DNA of 36,977 nucleotides from a virus (IMGVR_UViG_3300012921_000044:1-36977), one strand, 5' to 3'; shown: positions 7,019 through 15,470, counted from the stretch's first letter. The notes: generated by a model from the sequence alone, not told the origin. A program made the numbers and translations.

Positions 7019-7990
7019 ATGGGCGACAAGCCTGAAACCGATAACACCGCCGCCACGTTGATGGCGCTGGTTGGCGCCGGCACCGGCTCGACGATCGAGG
7101 CGCTGCGGCGTCTGGTTGAAGACCATACCACCGCCAAACTTGTCGAACTGACCGACCCGGTCACGGACACGAAGTCCCCGGCCTTCATCAGCGGCGGACG
7201 GGTCTATCCGGTGAAGCCCGAGTTGTTCGACGGCTATCTGGAAGCGCCGCGCTTCCGCCGCGGGCAAGCGAACCTGACGACGATCGAAAGCCTGATCGAG
7301 CACGTCAACCGCTTCAAGGACAGCGAAAGCGTCCTGTTCGCGGTCGACGATCGCAAGCGGCCGTCGATTACCGCGATCATCGACTATCACCCCGCCGGCG
7401 GCATTGACAAAGCGTCGCCGCGCCACGGCGCGCACCGGTCGATGTTCGCCTTTCCGCTGTCGGACGAATGGAACGCCTGGGCCGACATGGATAAGAATCC
7501 CATGCGGATGATCGACTTCGCGGCCTTCCTCGAAGACCGGATCGTCGATGTGCTCGACATGATCGACGGCGAAGACAGCCTGCCCGAAGATATGCAGAAG
7601 TTCGTCAACGCCGTGGGCGGCCGGATCGCCGGTCCCTCGCGCCTGATGGACCTGTCCGTCGGGCTGAAGGTCTATGAAAAGGCGAATGTCAGCGAGGCGG
7701 TCAACCTCGCGTCGGGCGAAGCGCAAATCCAGTTCGCATCGGAGCATGTCGACGGCAGCGGCGCGCCGCTGAAGGTGCCCAACCTGTTCCTGATCGCGAT
7801 CCCGGTCTTCAAAAACGGGCAGTTCTATCGCCTCGCGGCCCGGCTTCGCTATCGCAAGTCGGCTGAAGGGCTGGTCTTCTGGTATGAACTGTGGCGCGCG
7901 GATCGCGCGTTCGATCATGCCTTCCGCGACAGCTGCGAACGGGCGCGGGTCGAAACCGAACTGCCGTTGCTGTTCGGGACGCCCGAATAA
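7019..7990 (+). CDS. DUF2303 (YfdQ-like) protein
   Basis: PRFRRG...TAIIDYH...SDEWNAW...FAAFLEDR...ARLRYR motifs. Confidence 0.88.
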   Translation: MGDKPETDNTAATLMALVGAGTGSTIEALRRLVEDHTTAKLVELTDPVTDTKSPAFISGGRVYPVKPELFDGYLEAPRFRRGQANLTTIESLIEHVNRFKDSESVLFAVDDRKRPSITAIIDYHPAGGIDKASPRHGAHRSMFAFPLSDEWNAWADMDKNPMRMIDFAAFLEDRIVDVLDMIDGEDSLPEDMQKFVNAVGGRIAGPSRLMDLSVGLKVYEKANVSEAVNLASGEAQIQFASEHVDGSGAPLKVPNLFLIAIPVFKNGQFYRLAARLRYRKSAEGLVFWYELWRADRAFDHAFRDSCERARVETELPLLFGTPE

Positions 7991-7992
7991 CC

Positions 7993-8226
7993 ATGCTCGG
8001 CCTGTCGCTCATCCTCGCGGCAGTTGCCGGCGCGGCGGCGGCGCTTGCCATCATGGCAGCGTCGTCCGCCGCGCGTTGGCGTGCCCGCGCCATCACCGCC
8101 GAAGGCTTGCTGGACCGCGCGGCCGCCCGCCGGTCGAACGCCAGCGCCCGCGGCAACGTTACCCGCCAAGCTGAACATCGCGAGCGCGTGCTGTCAAAGT
8201 GCGAAGAAATGCGGGGCGGCCGGTGA
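7993..8226 (+). CDS. Small protein with N-terminal TM helix (77 aa)
   Basis: MLGLSLILAAVAGAAAALAIM...; TGATG coupling to next gene. Confidence 0.65.
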   Translation: MLGLSLILAAVAGAAAALAIMAASSAARWRARAITAEGLLDRAAARRSNASARGNVTRQAEHRERVLSKCEEMRGGR

Positions 8227-9419
8227 TGACCGATACCCCGGCCTTGGGCGCCCCCGGTTCCGCCTTGTTCTGGATGGGGCCCGAGCTCGCGCGTGCTGGC
8301 CGCCTGAAGGGTCAATTCGCGCTTTTTCCTGATATCGAAGCGCGGGTCGCGCGCGCGGTCGGCCTGTATGTCAATCAGGCGCTCCACCCGGCGGCAACGC
8401 TGCTCGCCGCGTTGCACCCGCGCGCCGTCGAATATCTTGAACAGGCGCCGATCCTCGCGCTGGCTGCGACCTATGGCGGCAAGATCGAGAAGAAGCAGGA
8501 ACGCGCCTACGTCGCCATGAACTTCGCACCGATGATGGACCGCGGCGTCAAGCTGCGCGACCTGCTGGCCACCTATCGCGTCGCCTACCAGCTGCGCGCG
8601 GTGTCGGGCAACGCGATCCGGCCCGGAGCCTGGTCCCTGCTGAAGCGGATCACCGAACTGGTCGATCCTTCATCGATCGCGCAGGCCATCCCCGCCGACC
8701 CGACCAAACACATGTTCTGGCTCAACGACCTGGTCGAGCTTTGGAACGTCCTTGAACGGCGGCTGCAACATCGCGCGGACCAGCACGGCCCGATCCTGCG
8801 CTGGACCATGTTCGCCATCGCCCGTGCCGAAAAGGGCAAGCGGTTCCCGAAAGACGATGTTTTCCGCGACCTTCCCGCCATCCGCCCCGATGCGGCGACG
8901 CCCGGCGAAATCGCGGACTTCCTGATCGCCGAGCAGGCCCGCTTCAATCCGCGCTGGTCATGGGAACGCATGATCCAGGAAACCCGCGACTGGCACGAAG
9001 CCATCCAGAATGCGAAGTTGGACACGGTCGACGACGGCCGGATGGACGTCGAAATCGATTATGGCCGCGCGTTCCCCGTGGAACTCGAGGTCGACGGCTT
9101 CCAGTTTCACGCCCTGCGCTCGCTGCGCGCCCTGATCATCGAAGGGCGGGCGATGCACCATTGCGTGTCGTCCTATTACCCGGACGTCGTTTCCGGGCGC
9201 TGCCGCATCTATTCGATCCGCAAAGACGGCAAGCGCCTCGCCACCGCCGAGTTTCTCGCCTTCCCGGCGGCGCGCGCCGTGCAGGTCAAAGGGCCGTGCA
9301 ACATCAACCCCGGCGAGGCTGTCCGCCACGCGGCCGATCGCTTCGCCAAAGGGCTGAACAAAGCCGTTCCCGATGCGGCCGTCGCGGCGCTTTACGCGCT
9401 GAAGGACGGCCGCCCGTGA
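8226..9419 (+). CDS. PcfJ-domain protein
   Basis: C-terminal EGRAMHHCVSSY...IYSIR...ATAEF...QVKGPCN. Confidence 0.85.
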   Translation: MTDTPALGAPGSALFWMGPELARAGRLKGQFALFPDIEARVARAVGLYVNQALHPAATLLAALHPRAVEYLEQAPILALAATYGGKIEKKQERAYVAMNFAPMMDRGVKLRDLLATYRVAYQLRAVSGNAIRPGAWSLLKRITELVDPSSIAQAIPADPTKHMFWLNDLVELWNVLERRLQHRADQHGPILRWTMFAIARAEKGKRFPKDDVFRDLPAIRPDAATPGEIADFLIAEQARFNPRWSWERMIQETRDWHEAIQNAKLDTVDDGRMDVEIDYGRAFPVELEVDGFQFHALRSLRALIIEGRAMHHCVSSYYPDVVSGRCRIYSIRKDGKRLATAEFLAFPAARAVQVKGPCNINPGEAVRHAADRFAKGLNKAVPDAAVAALYALKDGRP

Positions 9420-9967
9420 GCGCGCCGAAGCATCTTTATCGCGAAGGCCTGCGCGGCCGGTCGCTCGAAAGCAAGGGCGGCATCGGCGGCGGGACGTTCG
9501 TCGCCCTGCTCAAATGCTCGCGCTGCCCGACTGCCGGCACGCGCAGCATGGGCACGATGCTGCCGCCCGAAGCGATCGACAAGAAATTCAAACAGGCCGG
9601 GTGGCGCGTCGATCCGCACGTCTGCCCCGACTGTCAGCGCAAACCGAAAGAAAGGCCCGCCCCTATGTCTGCCAGCCCGACGCCCGCCGCCATGAAGGCG
9701 CAGGCCGAAATGTTCCAGCTTCTGTCGCTCCATTTCGACGGCGACACGGGCCGCTATGCCAAGGGCTGGTCGGACGGCAAGATCGCGAGCACCACGGGCA
9801 TCGCCGTCGAGATGGTCACCGCCTTCCGCGTCGCGGGCTTCGGCGAACTGAAGGAAGCGCCCGAAATCGTCGCGATCCGCGCCGAGATTGCCAGCCTCGA
9901 AAGCCTTGTCACCGAACAGCTCGCGCATCTTCGCGGCGAGCTCGCGCGCATCGCGAAGGGCGCGTGA
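9416..9967 (+). CDS. Hypothetical protein with N-terminal zinc ribbon
   Basis: GTGA overlap; CSRC...KQAGW...HVCPDC; possible internal start at 9665. Confidence 0.8.
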   Translation: MSAPKHLYREGLRGRSLESKGGIGGGTFVALLKCSRCPTAGTRSMGTMLPPEAIDKKFKQAGWRVDPHVCPDCQRKPKERPAPMSASPTPAAMKAQAEMFQLLSLHFDGDTGRYAKGWSDGKIASTTGIAVEMVTAFRVAGFGELKEAPEIVAIRAEIASLESLVTEQLAHLRGELARIAKGA

Positions 9968-10398
9968 TGGCGAAGAAGAGCCTTTTCGCTGGACGTAACG
10001 CGCGCGCCCGCGCTTTTCGGCTCCCGGTTGAAGGCGCGCTGGCCGCGCCGTTGAAGAACAAGTTCGACGCGCGCAAGGCCGCATGCCAGCACGGGCACAC
10101 CCATGACAGCCGGTCCGAAGCGAAGCGGTGCAATGCGCTCCATCTGCTTCAGCGTGGCGGCCTGATCACCGATCTGGTCGTCCAGCCGCAATATTGGTTC
10201 GCCATCAACGGCGTGCAGGTGACGCACGAAAACGGCCGGCGGCTCGGCTATCGCGCTGACTTCGCCTATCGCGACGTCGAGAAGGGCACCGACGTCGTCG
10301 AAGACGTCAAGGGCGGCTATCGCGATGACGCCTGGACGATCCGCAAGGCGGTCTTCCGCGCGCTGTTCCCGAACCTCGAGCTTCGGGAGGTCAAATGA
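9967..10398 (+). CDS. DUF1064 family PD-(D/E)xK nuclease-like protein
   Basis: NKFDAR...DSRSEAKR...YRADFAY...VVEDVKG. Confidence 0.9.
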   Translation: MAKKSLFAGRNARARAFRLPVEGALAAPLKNKFDARKAACQHGHTHDSRSEAKRCNALHLLQRGGLITDLVVQPQYWFAINGVQVTHENGRRLGYRADFAYRDVEKGTDVVEDVKGGYRDDAWTIRKAVFRALFPNLELREVK

Positions 10399-10949
10399 GC
10401 GACCTTGCCCTCCTGACCAAGACGGCCCTTGTGCCCACATGCGCCGACTGCGGCGCGCCCCGCTTTTCGACCAAGCCGAAAAAGACGCCCTATTGTCGCG
10501 CCTGTGTCCGCGCCCACAATGCGCGCAGCCCGTCGCGGCGCGCGAAAGCCAGCGCGTCGATGAAGGCGCGGCTGGCAGACCCGCATGTCCGCGCCGAGCA
10601 TATCGAGCGCGCGGCCGAAGGCTTGCGCCTCCGGATCCGTGAAGACCCGGCCTTTGCCGAACGTCGCCGCGCGATCGGGCGCCGCACCGGACTGCTCAAG
10701 CGCGGGATGGCCCAGCACCCTGCCGGGAGCCCGCTTCGCCTCGCGAACGGCCGCAAGTCCGCCGCGACGAAGCTGGCATGGTGCCCGCCCGAATATCGGG
10801 ACGAATATCGCCGCCTGATCAAGCGGCAGAATATCCCGGCGGCGGAAGCGCGGCCGATGATCGAAGACATGATCGCGGCCGATGCGCGCCGCTATGCCGA
10901 AACCGGCGTCCTGCCCCAGTCCGCGCGAATCGAGGAGGCCGGAGCATGA
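10395..10949 (+). CDS. Basic hypothetical protein with Cys4 motif
   Basis: CADC...YCRAC; ATGA overlaps at both ends. Confidence 0.75.
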   Translation: MSDLALLTKTALVPTCADCGAPRFSTKPKKTPYCRACVRAHNARSPSRRAKASASMKARLADPHVRAEHIERAAEGLRLRIREDPAFAERRRAIGRRTGLLKRGMAQHPAGSPLRLANGRKSAATKLAWCPPEYRDEYRRLIKRQNIPAAEARPMIEDMIAADARRYAETGVLPQSARIEEAGA

Positions 10950-11149
10950 TGGAGCCGATTGAGCATGGCGTGATCATCCGGCCGTCCGAGCATATCCGCA
11001 TCGCCACCTGCGCCGATTACACCGGAACGGACGGGACGCCGCGCGCCGGTCCGCGCCGGATGCACCTGTTCCGCTGCCCTGACGGCCGGGACATTCAATG
11101 CGGCGGCAAGCGCTATTGCCGCGAGTGCATGAAGGAGCCCGGCCGGTGA
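10946..11149 (+). CDS. Small Cys-rich hypothetical protein (67 aa)
   Basis: ATGA overlap, GGAG RBS, YCREC. Confidence 0.65.
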   Translation: MMEPIEHGVIIRPSEHIRIATCADYTGTDGTPRAGPRRMHLFRCPDGRDIQCGGKRYCRECMKEPGR

Positions 11150-11151
11150 CG

Positions 11152-11805
11152 TCAGCCCTTTTCTTTGAACGGCTTGGCGCTGGCAGGACGCATGATCCGC
11201 TTGCCGACAATTTTTCCGGATTTGCTGTCCCGCTTCATCATGGCACTGCTCGCGGCGCGCGCAACGATCTCGCCGGTAACCTTAGCGCTCCCGCGGCTCG
11301 CGATCATACCGGGCGTCCCGTCGCGAGCTTTCGACGCCACGCGAAGAACGCGGCCGGTGAGGGCGTCCGTGCTTTCCGCAACGACACGCCGCATCTTGCC
11401 AGCCGGGCTGTTGTCGATCGGGTCGAGGCTGTCGATCGGCGCGCCAAGCGCCTCGGCGATAGCTTCCAGCGTAGCACGGCGCCCGGACCCTACTGGGGCC
11501 GCTTCAAGGCGCGCGATAGCCGCCTGGGTGACGTCCACGCGGTCGGCAAGATCGGCCTGCGTCATGCCGTTATACCGGCGCCAAGCGTAGACGGGGTTCT
11601 GCCCTGCACGGATCGCGCGAGCGACGACGGCCGGGACCGCTCCTTCTTCGTCGATGCTCTTGCGGCCCTTGATGGCGGCGGCGAGGTCGTCGGCGTCTTC
11701 TTCGGCGGCCAGAAGTTCTTCGAAGCGGGCGCGCGTGATCGTCACCAGTTCGGTGCCGTCATCGTCGACATGATGCGTCGGTGGACGCGTAGTAATTTTG
11801 TTCAT
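11152..11805 (-). CDS. XRE-HTH antitoxin (HigA-like) with long basic C-terminal extension
   Basis: ELVTITRARFEELL N-terminus; NPVYAWRRYNGMTQADLADRVDVTQAAIARLE HTH; AGGAG RBS. Confidence 0.88.
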   Translation of the reverse strand: MNKITTRPPTHHVDDDGTELVTITRARFEELLAAEEDADDLAAAIKGRKSIDEEGAVPAVVARAIRAGQNPVYAWRRYNGMTQADLADRVDVTQAAIARLEAAPVGSGRRATLEAIAEALGAPIDSLDPIDNSPAGKMRRVVAESTDALTGRVLRVASKARDGTPGMIASRGSAKVTGEIVARAASSAMMKRDSKSGKIVGKRIMRPASAKPFKEKG

Positions 11806-11841
11806 TGCTTGCTCCTGTGGTGGGATAATCGGGGTGCCCCC

Positions 11842-12105
11842 CTATCTGTAAACCTCCCTGCGATGGCCGACGTCCAGAATGTCGAGGACGTTGCCCAGAT
11901 CATCCATGATGACCCGGTAATCCCCGACGCGAAGCCGCCGAAATGCCGTGCCGCGCAATTCCGTCGTGTTGTTCGCGAGGCTGTCCGGGTCGGCGGCGAC
12001 CTGCTCAATTTTGTCCTCAATGAGGTCCGCAATCTTGGCGGGCATCTTTGCCAGCGCCTTATCGGCGGCTCGCGAATAGCGGATGGTTTTGAGCATCTTC
12101 GTCAT
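11842..12105 (-). CDS. RelE/ParE-family toxin (toxin-first, HigBA-like order)
   Basis: IRYSRAADKALAKM...FRRLRVGDYRVI...ILDVGHRREVYR. Confidence 0.93.
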   Translation of the reverse strand: MTKMLKTIRYSRAADKALAKMPAKIADLIEDKIEQVAADPDSLANNTTELRGTAFRRLRVGDYRVIMDDLGNVLDILDVGHRREVYR

Positions 12106-12111
12106 GCGGCG

Positions 12112-12140
12112 GATATAACGAATAACAACGAAGGTTTCAA
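12112..12140 (-). promoter_or_regulatory. sigma70-like promoter of the TA operon
   Basis: TTGAAA-N17-TATATC, 6 nt before the toxin ATG. Confidence 0.6.
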
Positions 12141-12185
12141 TACAAAAAACAACAAAGCATCACAAATTATAATGGGGGATGCAGC

Positions 12186-12431
12186 GTGATCCGGCCCAAC
12201 TTCCACGGCGGGCCGATGGTCGTCCGCTGCGATGCCTGCGCCCCGGCGCGCGTCGAAACGAAGGTGAAGACCTTCGCCGAAGCCCTGTCGATCGCCAAGG
12301 CGGCGGGGTGGACCGCGCATCATTGCGGCGCCGGTCACGGCTGGTGTCATTTCTGCCCCGACTGCACCGAACAGGCGGCGTGGACCGATCCGGGCAACCG
12401 GCTGGTCGCGCCGGGGACGGCTCGCCCCTGA
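12186..12431 (+). CDS. Small zinc-ribbon protein (81 aa)
   Basis: CDAC...KAAGW...HFCPDC; GGGGGA RBS; TGATG coupling to the methyltransferase. Confidence 0.75.
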   Translation: MIRPNFHGGPMVVRCDACAPARVETKVKTFAEALSIAKAAGWTAHHCGAGHGWCHFCPDCTEQAAWTDPGNRLVAPGTARP

Positions 12432-13837
12432 TGCGCTACCTATCCGTCTGTTCCGGCATAGAGGCCGCGACCGTCGCCTGGCACCCGCTCGGCTGGACAC
12501 CCGTCGGCTTTTCCGAAATTGAACCCTTCCCGCGCGCGGTGCTTGAGCAGCGCCACGGCGGCGTTGCAGTCGACTGGGACCATCGCTGGTCGGCCGGTCA
12601 GAATTACCCGCCGATTTTCGGCGATTTCACCAAGATCGAGGCCCATCATGTCGGACCAGTTGACCTTCTTGTCGGCGGAACCCCCTGCCAGTCCTTCAGC
12701 GTCGCCGGAACGCGTCTGGGACTGGACGATCCGCGCGGCAACCTCGCAATCGAGTTCCTGGCGCTGGCTAAACGAGTGGGCGCCCGCTGGGTGGTCTGGG
12801 AGAATGTCCCCGGTGTCTATTCCAGCTGGTCCGGTGAACCGGACGATGACGCGGTTACCGAATGGGTCGAAACAGCCGATTTCGTCGAATTCCTCAACCT
12901 CTTTCGGGAATGCGGGTATCGTGGAGCCTGGCGGACTATTGACGCTCAATATGTCCGAGTGGACGGGTTCGGCCGGGCTGTCCCCCAGCGTCGCCGCCGT
13001 GTGTTCCTTATCGGACATTCTGGAAACGACGCCCGTGCCATCCCGGTATTATTCGACCCCGAAAGCCTGCGCGGGCTTGCTGCGCCGCGCCGCGAAGCGG
13101 GGCAAGGAACTGCCGTCGCATCTGGGCTCGATCCTGAAGGGAATTGCGGCGATGGCGGCATAGGATCGCCCAGCGGGGCCGCCGCTACCGTCACCGCCAA
13201 ATGGGCGAAAGGTAGCGGCGGCCCCGCTGGGGATGAGTGCCAGAACCTTGTCGCCGTCGCGCATACGCTGCGCGCCGATGGCTTCGACGCCAGCGAGGAC
13301 GGCACCGGGCGCGGCACCCCTATTGTGACCGTGCCGGTAGCGCCGACGATCAGCGCGCGGACGCGCGGTGGCGGTGGTCTTGGCACGGACGCGGAGTGCG
13401 ACGGCGCGGTGTTTGCCGTGCCCTTCGACACGACGCAGATCACGCACTCGGATAATCGCAGCCAACCCAAGGCCGGCGATCCTTGCCATCCGCCCTCGAT
13501 CGCGTTTTCGATCAAAGACGACGGCCGGGACGTTTCCGAGGACGTTTCCCCTTGCCTGCGCAGCATGAACGCCGCGGACAGCAACGCGAATGCGGGCGGT
13601 CAGGTCGCGGTCCCGTCGGTCGACGGCTGGGCGGTGCGCAAACTCACCCCGCGCGAGTGCGAGCGCCTTCAGGGCTTCCCCGACGACTTCACGCTGATCA
13701 CCGTGCGCGGCAAACCTGCGGCCGACGGGCCGCGCTACAAAGCCATCGGCAACAGCATGGCCGTCAACGTCATGCGCTGGATCGGCATGCGGATCGAACT
13801 GGTCGAACGCGCCGTCGCGGCCGGGGGTGACCAGTGA
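12431..13837 (+). CDS. DNA (cytosine-5) methyltransferase
   Basis: Motifs I (SVCSGIEA), IV (GGTPCQSFS), VI (ENVPG), VIII (PQRRRRVF), IX (RKLTPRECERLQGFPD), X (IGNSMAVNV). Confidence 0.95.
   Translation: MRYLSVCSGIEAATVAWHPLGWTPVGFSEIEPFPRAVLEQRHGGVAVDWDHRWSAGQNYPPIFGDFTKIEAHHVGPVDLLVGGTPCQSFSVAGTRLGLDDPRGNLAIEFLALAKRVGARWVVWENVPGVYSSWSGEPDDDAVTEWVETADFVEFLNLFRECGYRGAWRTIDAQYVRVDGFGRAVPQRRRRVFLIGHSGNDARAIPVLFDPESLRGLAAPRREAGQGTAVASGLDPEGNCGDGGIGSPSGAAATVTAKWAKGSGGPAGDECQNLVAVAHTLRADGFDASEDGTGRGTPIVTVPVAPTISARTRGGGGLGTDAECDGAVFAVPFDTTQITHSDNRSQPKAGDPCHPPSIAFSIKDDGRDVSEDVSPCLRSMNAADSNANAGGQVAVPSVDGWAVRKLTPRECERLQGFPDDFTLITVRGKPAADGPRYKAIGNSMAVNVMRWIGMRIELVERAVAAGGDQ
12648..13163 (+). CDS. Nested +1-frame protein (171 aa) resembling the beta polypeptide of M.EcoHK31I-type methyltransferases
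   Basis: GAGG RBS before ATG; SSTSFGNAG...CSLSDILET...RYYSTPKACAGLLRRAAKRGKELP. Confidence 0.72.
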   Translation: MSDQLTFLSAEPPASPSASPERVWDWTIRAATSQSSSWRWLNEWAPAGWSGRMSPVSIPAGPVNRTMTRLPNGSKQPISSNSSTSFGNAGIVEPGGLLTLNMSEWTGSAGLSPSVAAVCSLSDILETTPVPSRYYSTPKACAGLLRRAAKRGKELPSHLGSILKGIAAMAA

Positions 13838-14280
13838 GCCTTCAAGCCGTCCCGCTCGCCTTCAGCGATGCCGCCGCCTTCGTGCAGCGTCATCACCGGC
13901 ACCATACGCCTCCGGTCGGCCACAAGTTCAGCATCGGCGCCGAAGCGGCCGGCGAACTGGTCGGCGTCGTGATTGTCGGGCGTCCCGTCGCTCGCGGCCG
14001 CGACGATGGTCTGACGCTTGAAGTGACGCGGCTTTGCACCAACGGCCATCCAAACGCCTGTTCGTTCCTTTATGGCGCTGCTTCGCGCGCAGCCTTCGCG
14101 CTCGGGTATCGTCGCATCGGCACGTATATCCTGAAGCGCGAGCCCGGCACGTCGCTTGCCGCTGCCGGTTGGAAGGTCGTTGCTGAACCGCGCGGCCGTT
14201 CATGGTCAGCCCCTTCGCGTCCCCGCACCGACAAGCATCCGACGGAACCGAAGCTGCTTTTCGAAAGGTCGGCCGCATGA
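13834..14280 (+). CDS. XF1762-family (Mom-like, GNAT-related) protein
   Basis: FVQRHHRHH..GHKFSIG...VGRPVAR..DDGLTLEVTRLCT...NACSFLYGAA...GTSLAAAGW. Confidence 0.85.
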   Translation: MSLQAVPLAFSDAAAFVQRHHRHHTPPVGHKFSIGAEAAGELVGVVIVGRPVARGRDDGLTLEVTRLCTNGHPNACSFLYGAASRAAFALGYRRIGTYILKREPGTSLAAAGWKVVAEPRGRSWSAPSRPRTDKHPTEPKLLFERSAA

Positions 14281-15470
14281 GCAACCATCTGATAACCGAA
14301 TGCAGCAAGCGCAAGATCGGGAGCCTGACGCGCTTCGCGATGATGTCCTATCTCGCGGACAAGGCGAGCGACGACGGCCGGGGCATCTATGCTTCGAAGC
14401 AGACGATGGCCGATGAACTCGACACGACGAAGAAGACCGTCATCGACACGATCAAGGCGCTGATCGCCGACGGGCTGCTTATCGTCGTGGGCGAACGGGC
14501 CTGCGTCAACGGCCACACGGTGGAATATGCGATCGACGTTGAAGCGCTGCGCGCCCTCCCGCTGGTCGCGTGCTGGCAGCGCAAGAAGGATCGGGAAGAC
14601 GCCCGCGCGACCAGTGAAGCTGCTACACCGGTTAAGCAGGGTGACCGGTATAGGAGCGACACGGGGAGGGGTATAGCAGCTACACCCAAACCCCCCTTGG
14701 AACCTATTCCCCCTTCACAGCCTGACGGCTGTGAGGCCCCCGCCGCCGATTTGGACGATCAGGAACAGGAAGCGGTGATCCTGCCCGGCGGCGGGCTCGT
14801 TGGCGAAAGCGGTCCGGGCATCACGCCGCCACGGCCGGCCCCCGTCGAACTTCCGCCGCCTCCCGTGTCGGTCAAGCCGCATCGCTTGCCTGATAGCTGG
14901 ACTGCGCCGCCGATCGCGGAGCTTGGCGACGTGTCGCGGGCTCTCGCCTCGCAATGGCCGTCCGGCGCCTACCAAGCCGTCGAAGCGCAGTTCATCGCCC
15001 ATTGGCAGCAAGCCGAAGGCCGGACCGCGAAGAAGTCGAACTGGGGCGCCGCCTGGTCGAAGTGGATCATAACCGAGCATGACAAGATCATGCGGGCCGC
15101 CAAGGCGGGGACCAGCTTCGCCGTGCTCGCCCCTGCCAAGCCCGCCAGCGCATCGCAGCCCGCGCGGCCGGTCGCTGCCAAGGATCGCGAAGACGACCGG
15201 TCGGCCGCGTTCCACACCGTGTTGGAGCGGGCCTTGGGCGCGAGCACCTATCGCCGCTACCTGAAGCCCGCCGCGATCCTATTCGAAGGCGGGGAAATCA
15301 CCGTCATCGTCGGCACCGACTTCCAGCGGTCCTACATCGAAACGAACCTGCTTCCCGGCATGGCCGTCGCCTTGGCGCGCTGGAATGCTCCGGTCAGCAT
15401 CGTGTCGGAAGCGAAGCAATCTCCCCCCAGCGAAAGGAACAGCGACCATGGCCAAGTCCGCCAAGCGTAA
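14277..15470 (+). CDS. Phage replication initiator: N-terminal wHTH, central DnaT-like segment, C-terminal DnaA domain-I-like module
   Basis: YLADKASDDGRGIYASKQTMADEL; LPDSW...FIAHW...KSNWGAAWSKW; LERALGASTYRRYLKP...TDFQRSYIETN; internal iterons. Confidence 0.85.
   Translation: MSNHLITECSKRKIGSLTRFAMMSYLADKASDDGRGIYASKQTMADELDTTKKTVIDTIKALIADGLLIVVGERACVNGHTVEYAIDVEALRALPLVACWQRKKDREDARATSEAATPVKQGDRYRSDTGRGIAATPKPPLEPIPPSQPDGCEAPAADLDDQEQEAVILPGGGLVGESGPGITPPRPAPVELPPPPVSVKPHRLPDSWTAPPIAELGDVSRALASQWPSGAYQAVEAQFIAHWQQAEGRTAKKSNWGAAWSKWIITEHDKIMRAAKAGTSFAVLAPAKPASASQPARPVAAKDREDDRSAAFHTVLERALGASTYRRYLKPAAILFEGGEITVIVGTDFQRSYIETNLLPGMAVALARWNAPVSIVSEAKQSPPSERNSDHGQVRQA
14611..14686 (+). repeat. 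Four degenerate 17-bp iterons, probable replication origin
   Basis: CCAGTGAAGCTGCTACA, CCGGTTAAGCAGGGTGA, CCGGTATAGGAGCGACA, GGGGTATAGCAGCTACA just after the wHTH coding region. Confidence 0.7.

Larger units (their letters stand above)
11146..12189 (+). other. 347-codon bridge ORF spanning the antisense TA cassette
   Basis: GTGA overlap with upstream stop (11146-11149) and with downstream start (12186-12189); product not protein-like. Confidence 0.4.

Noticed and set aside
14611-14686. Short repeats as a CRISPR array
   Set aside because: Degenerate, abutting, without spacers, inside the initiator gene, no cas genes; fits iterons
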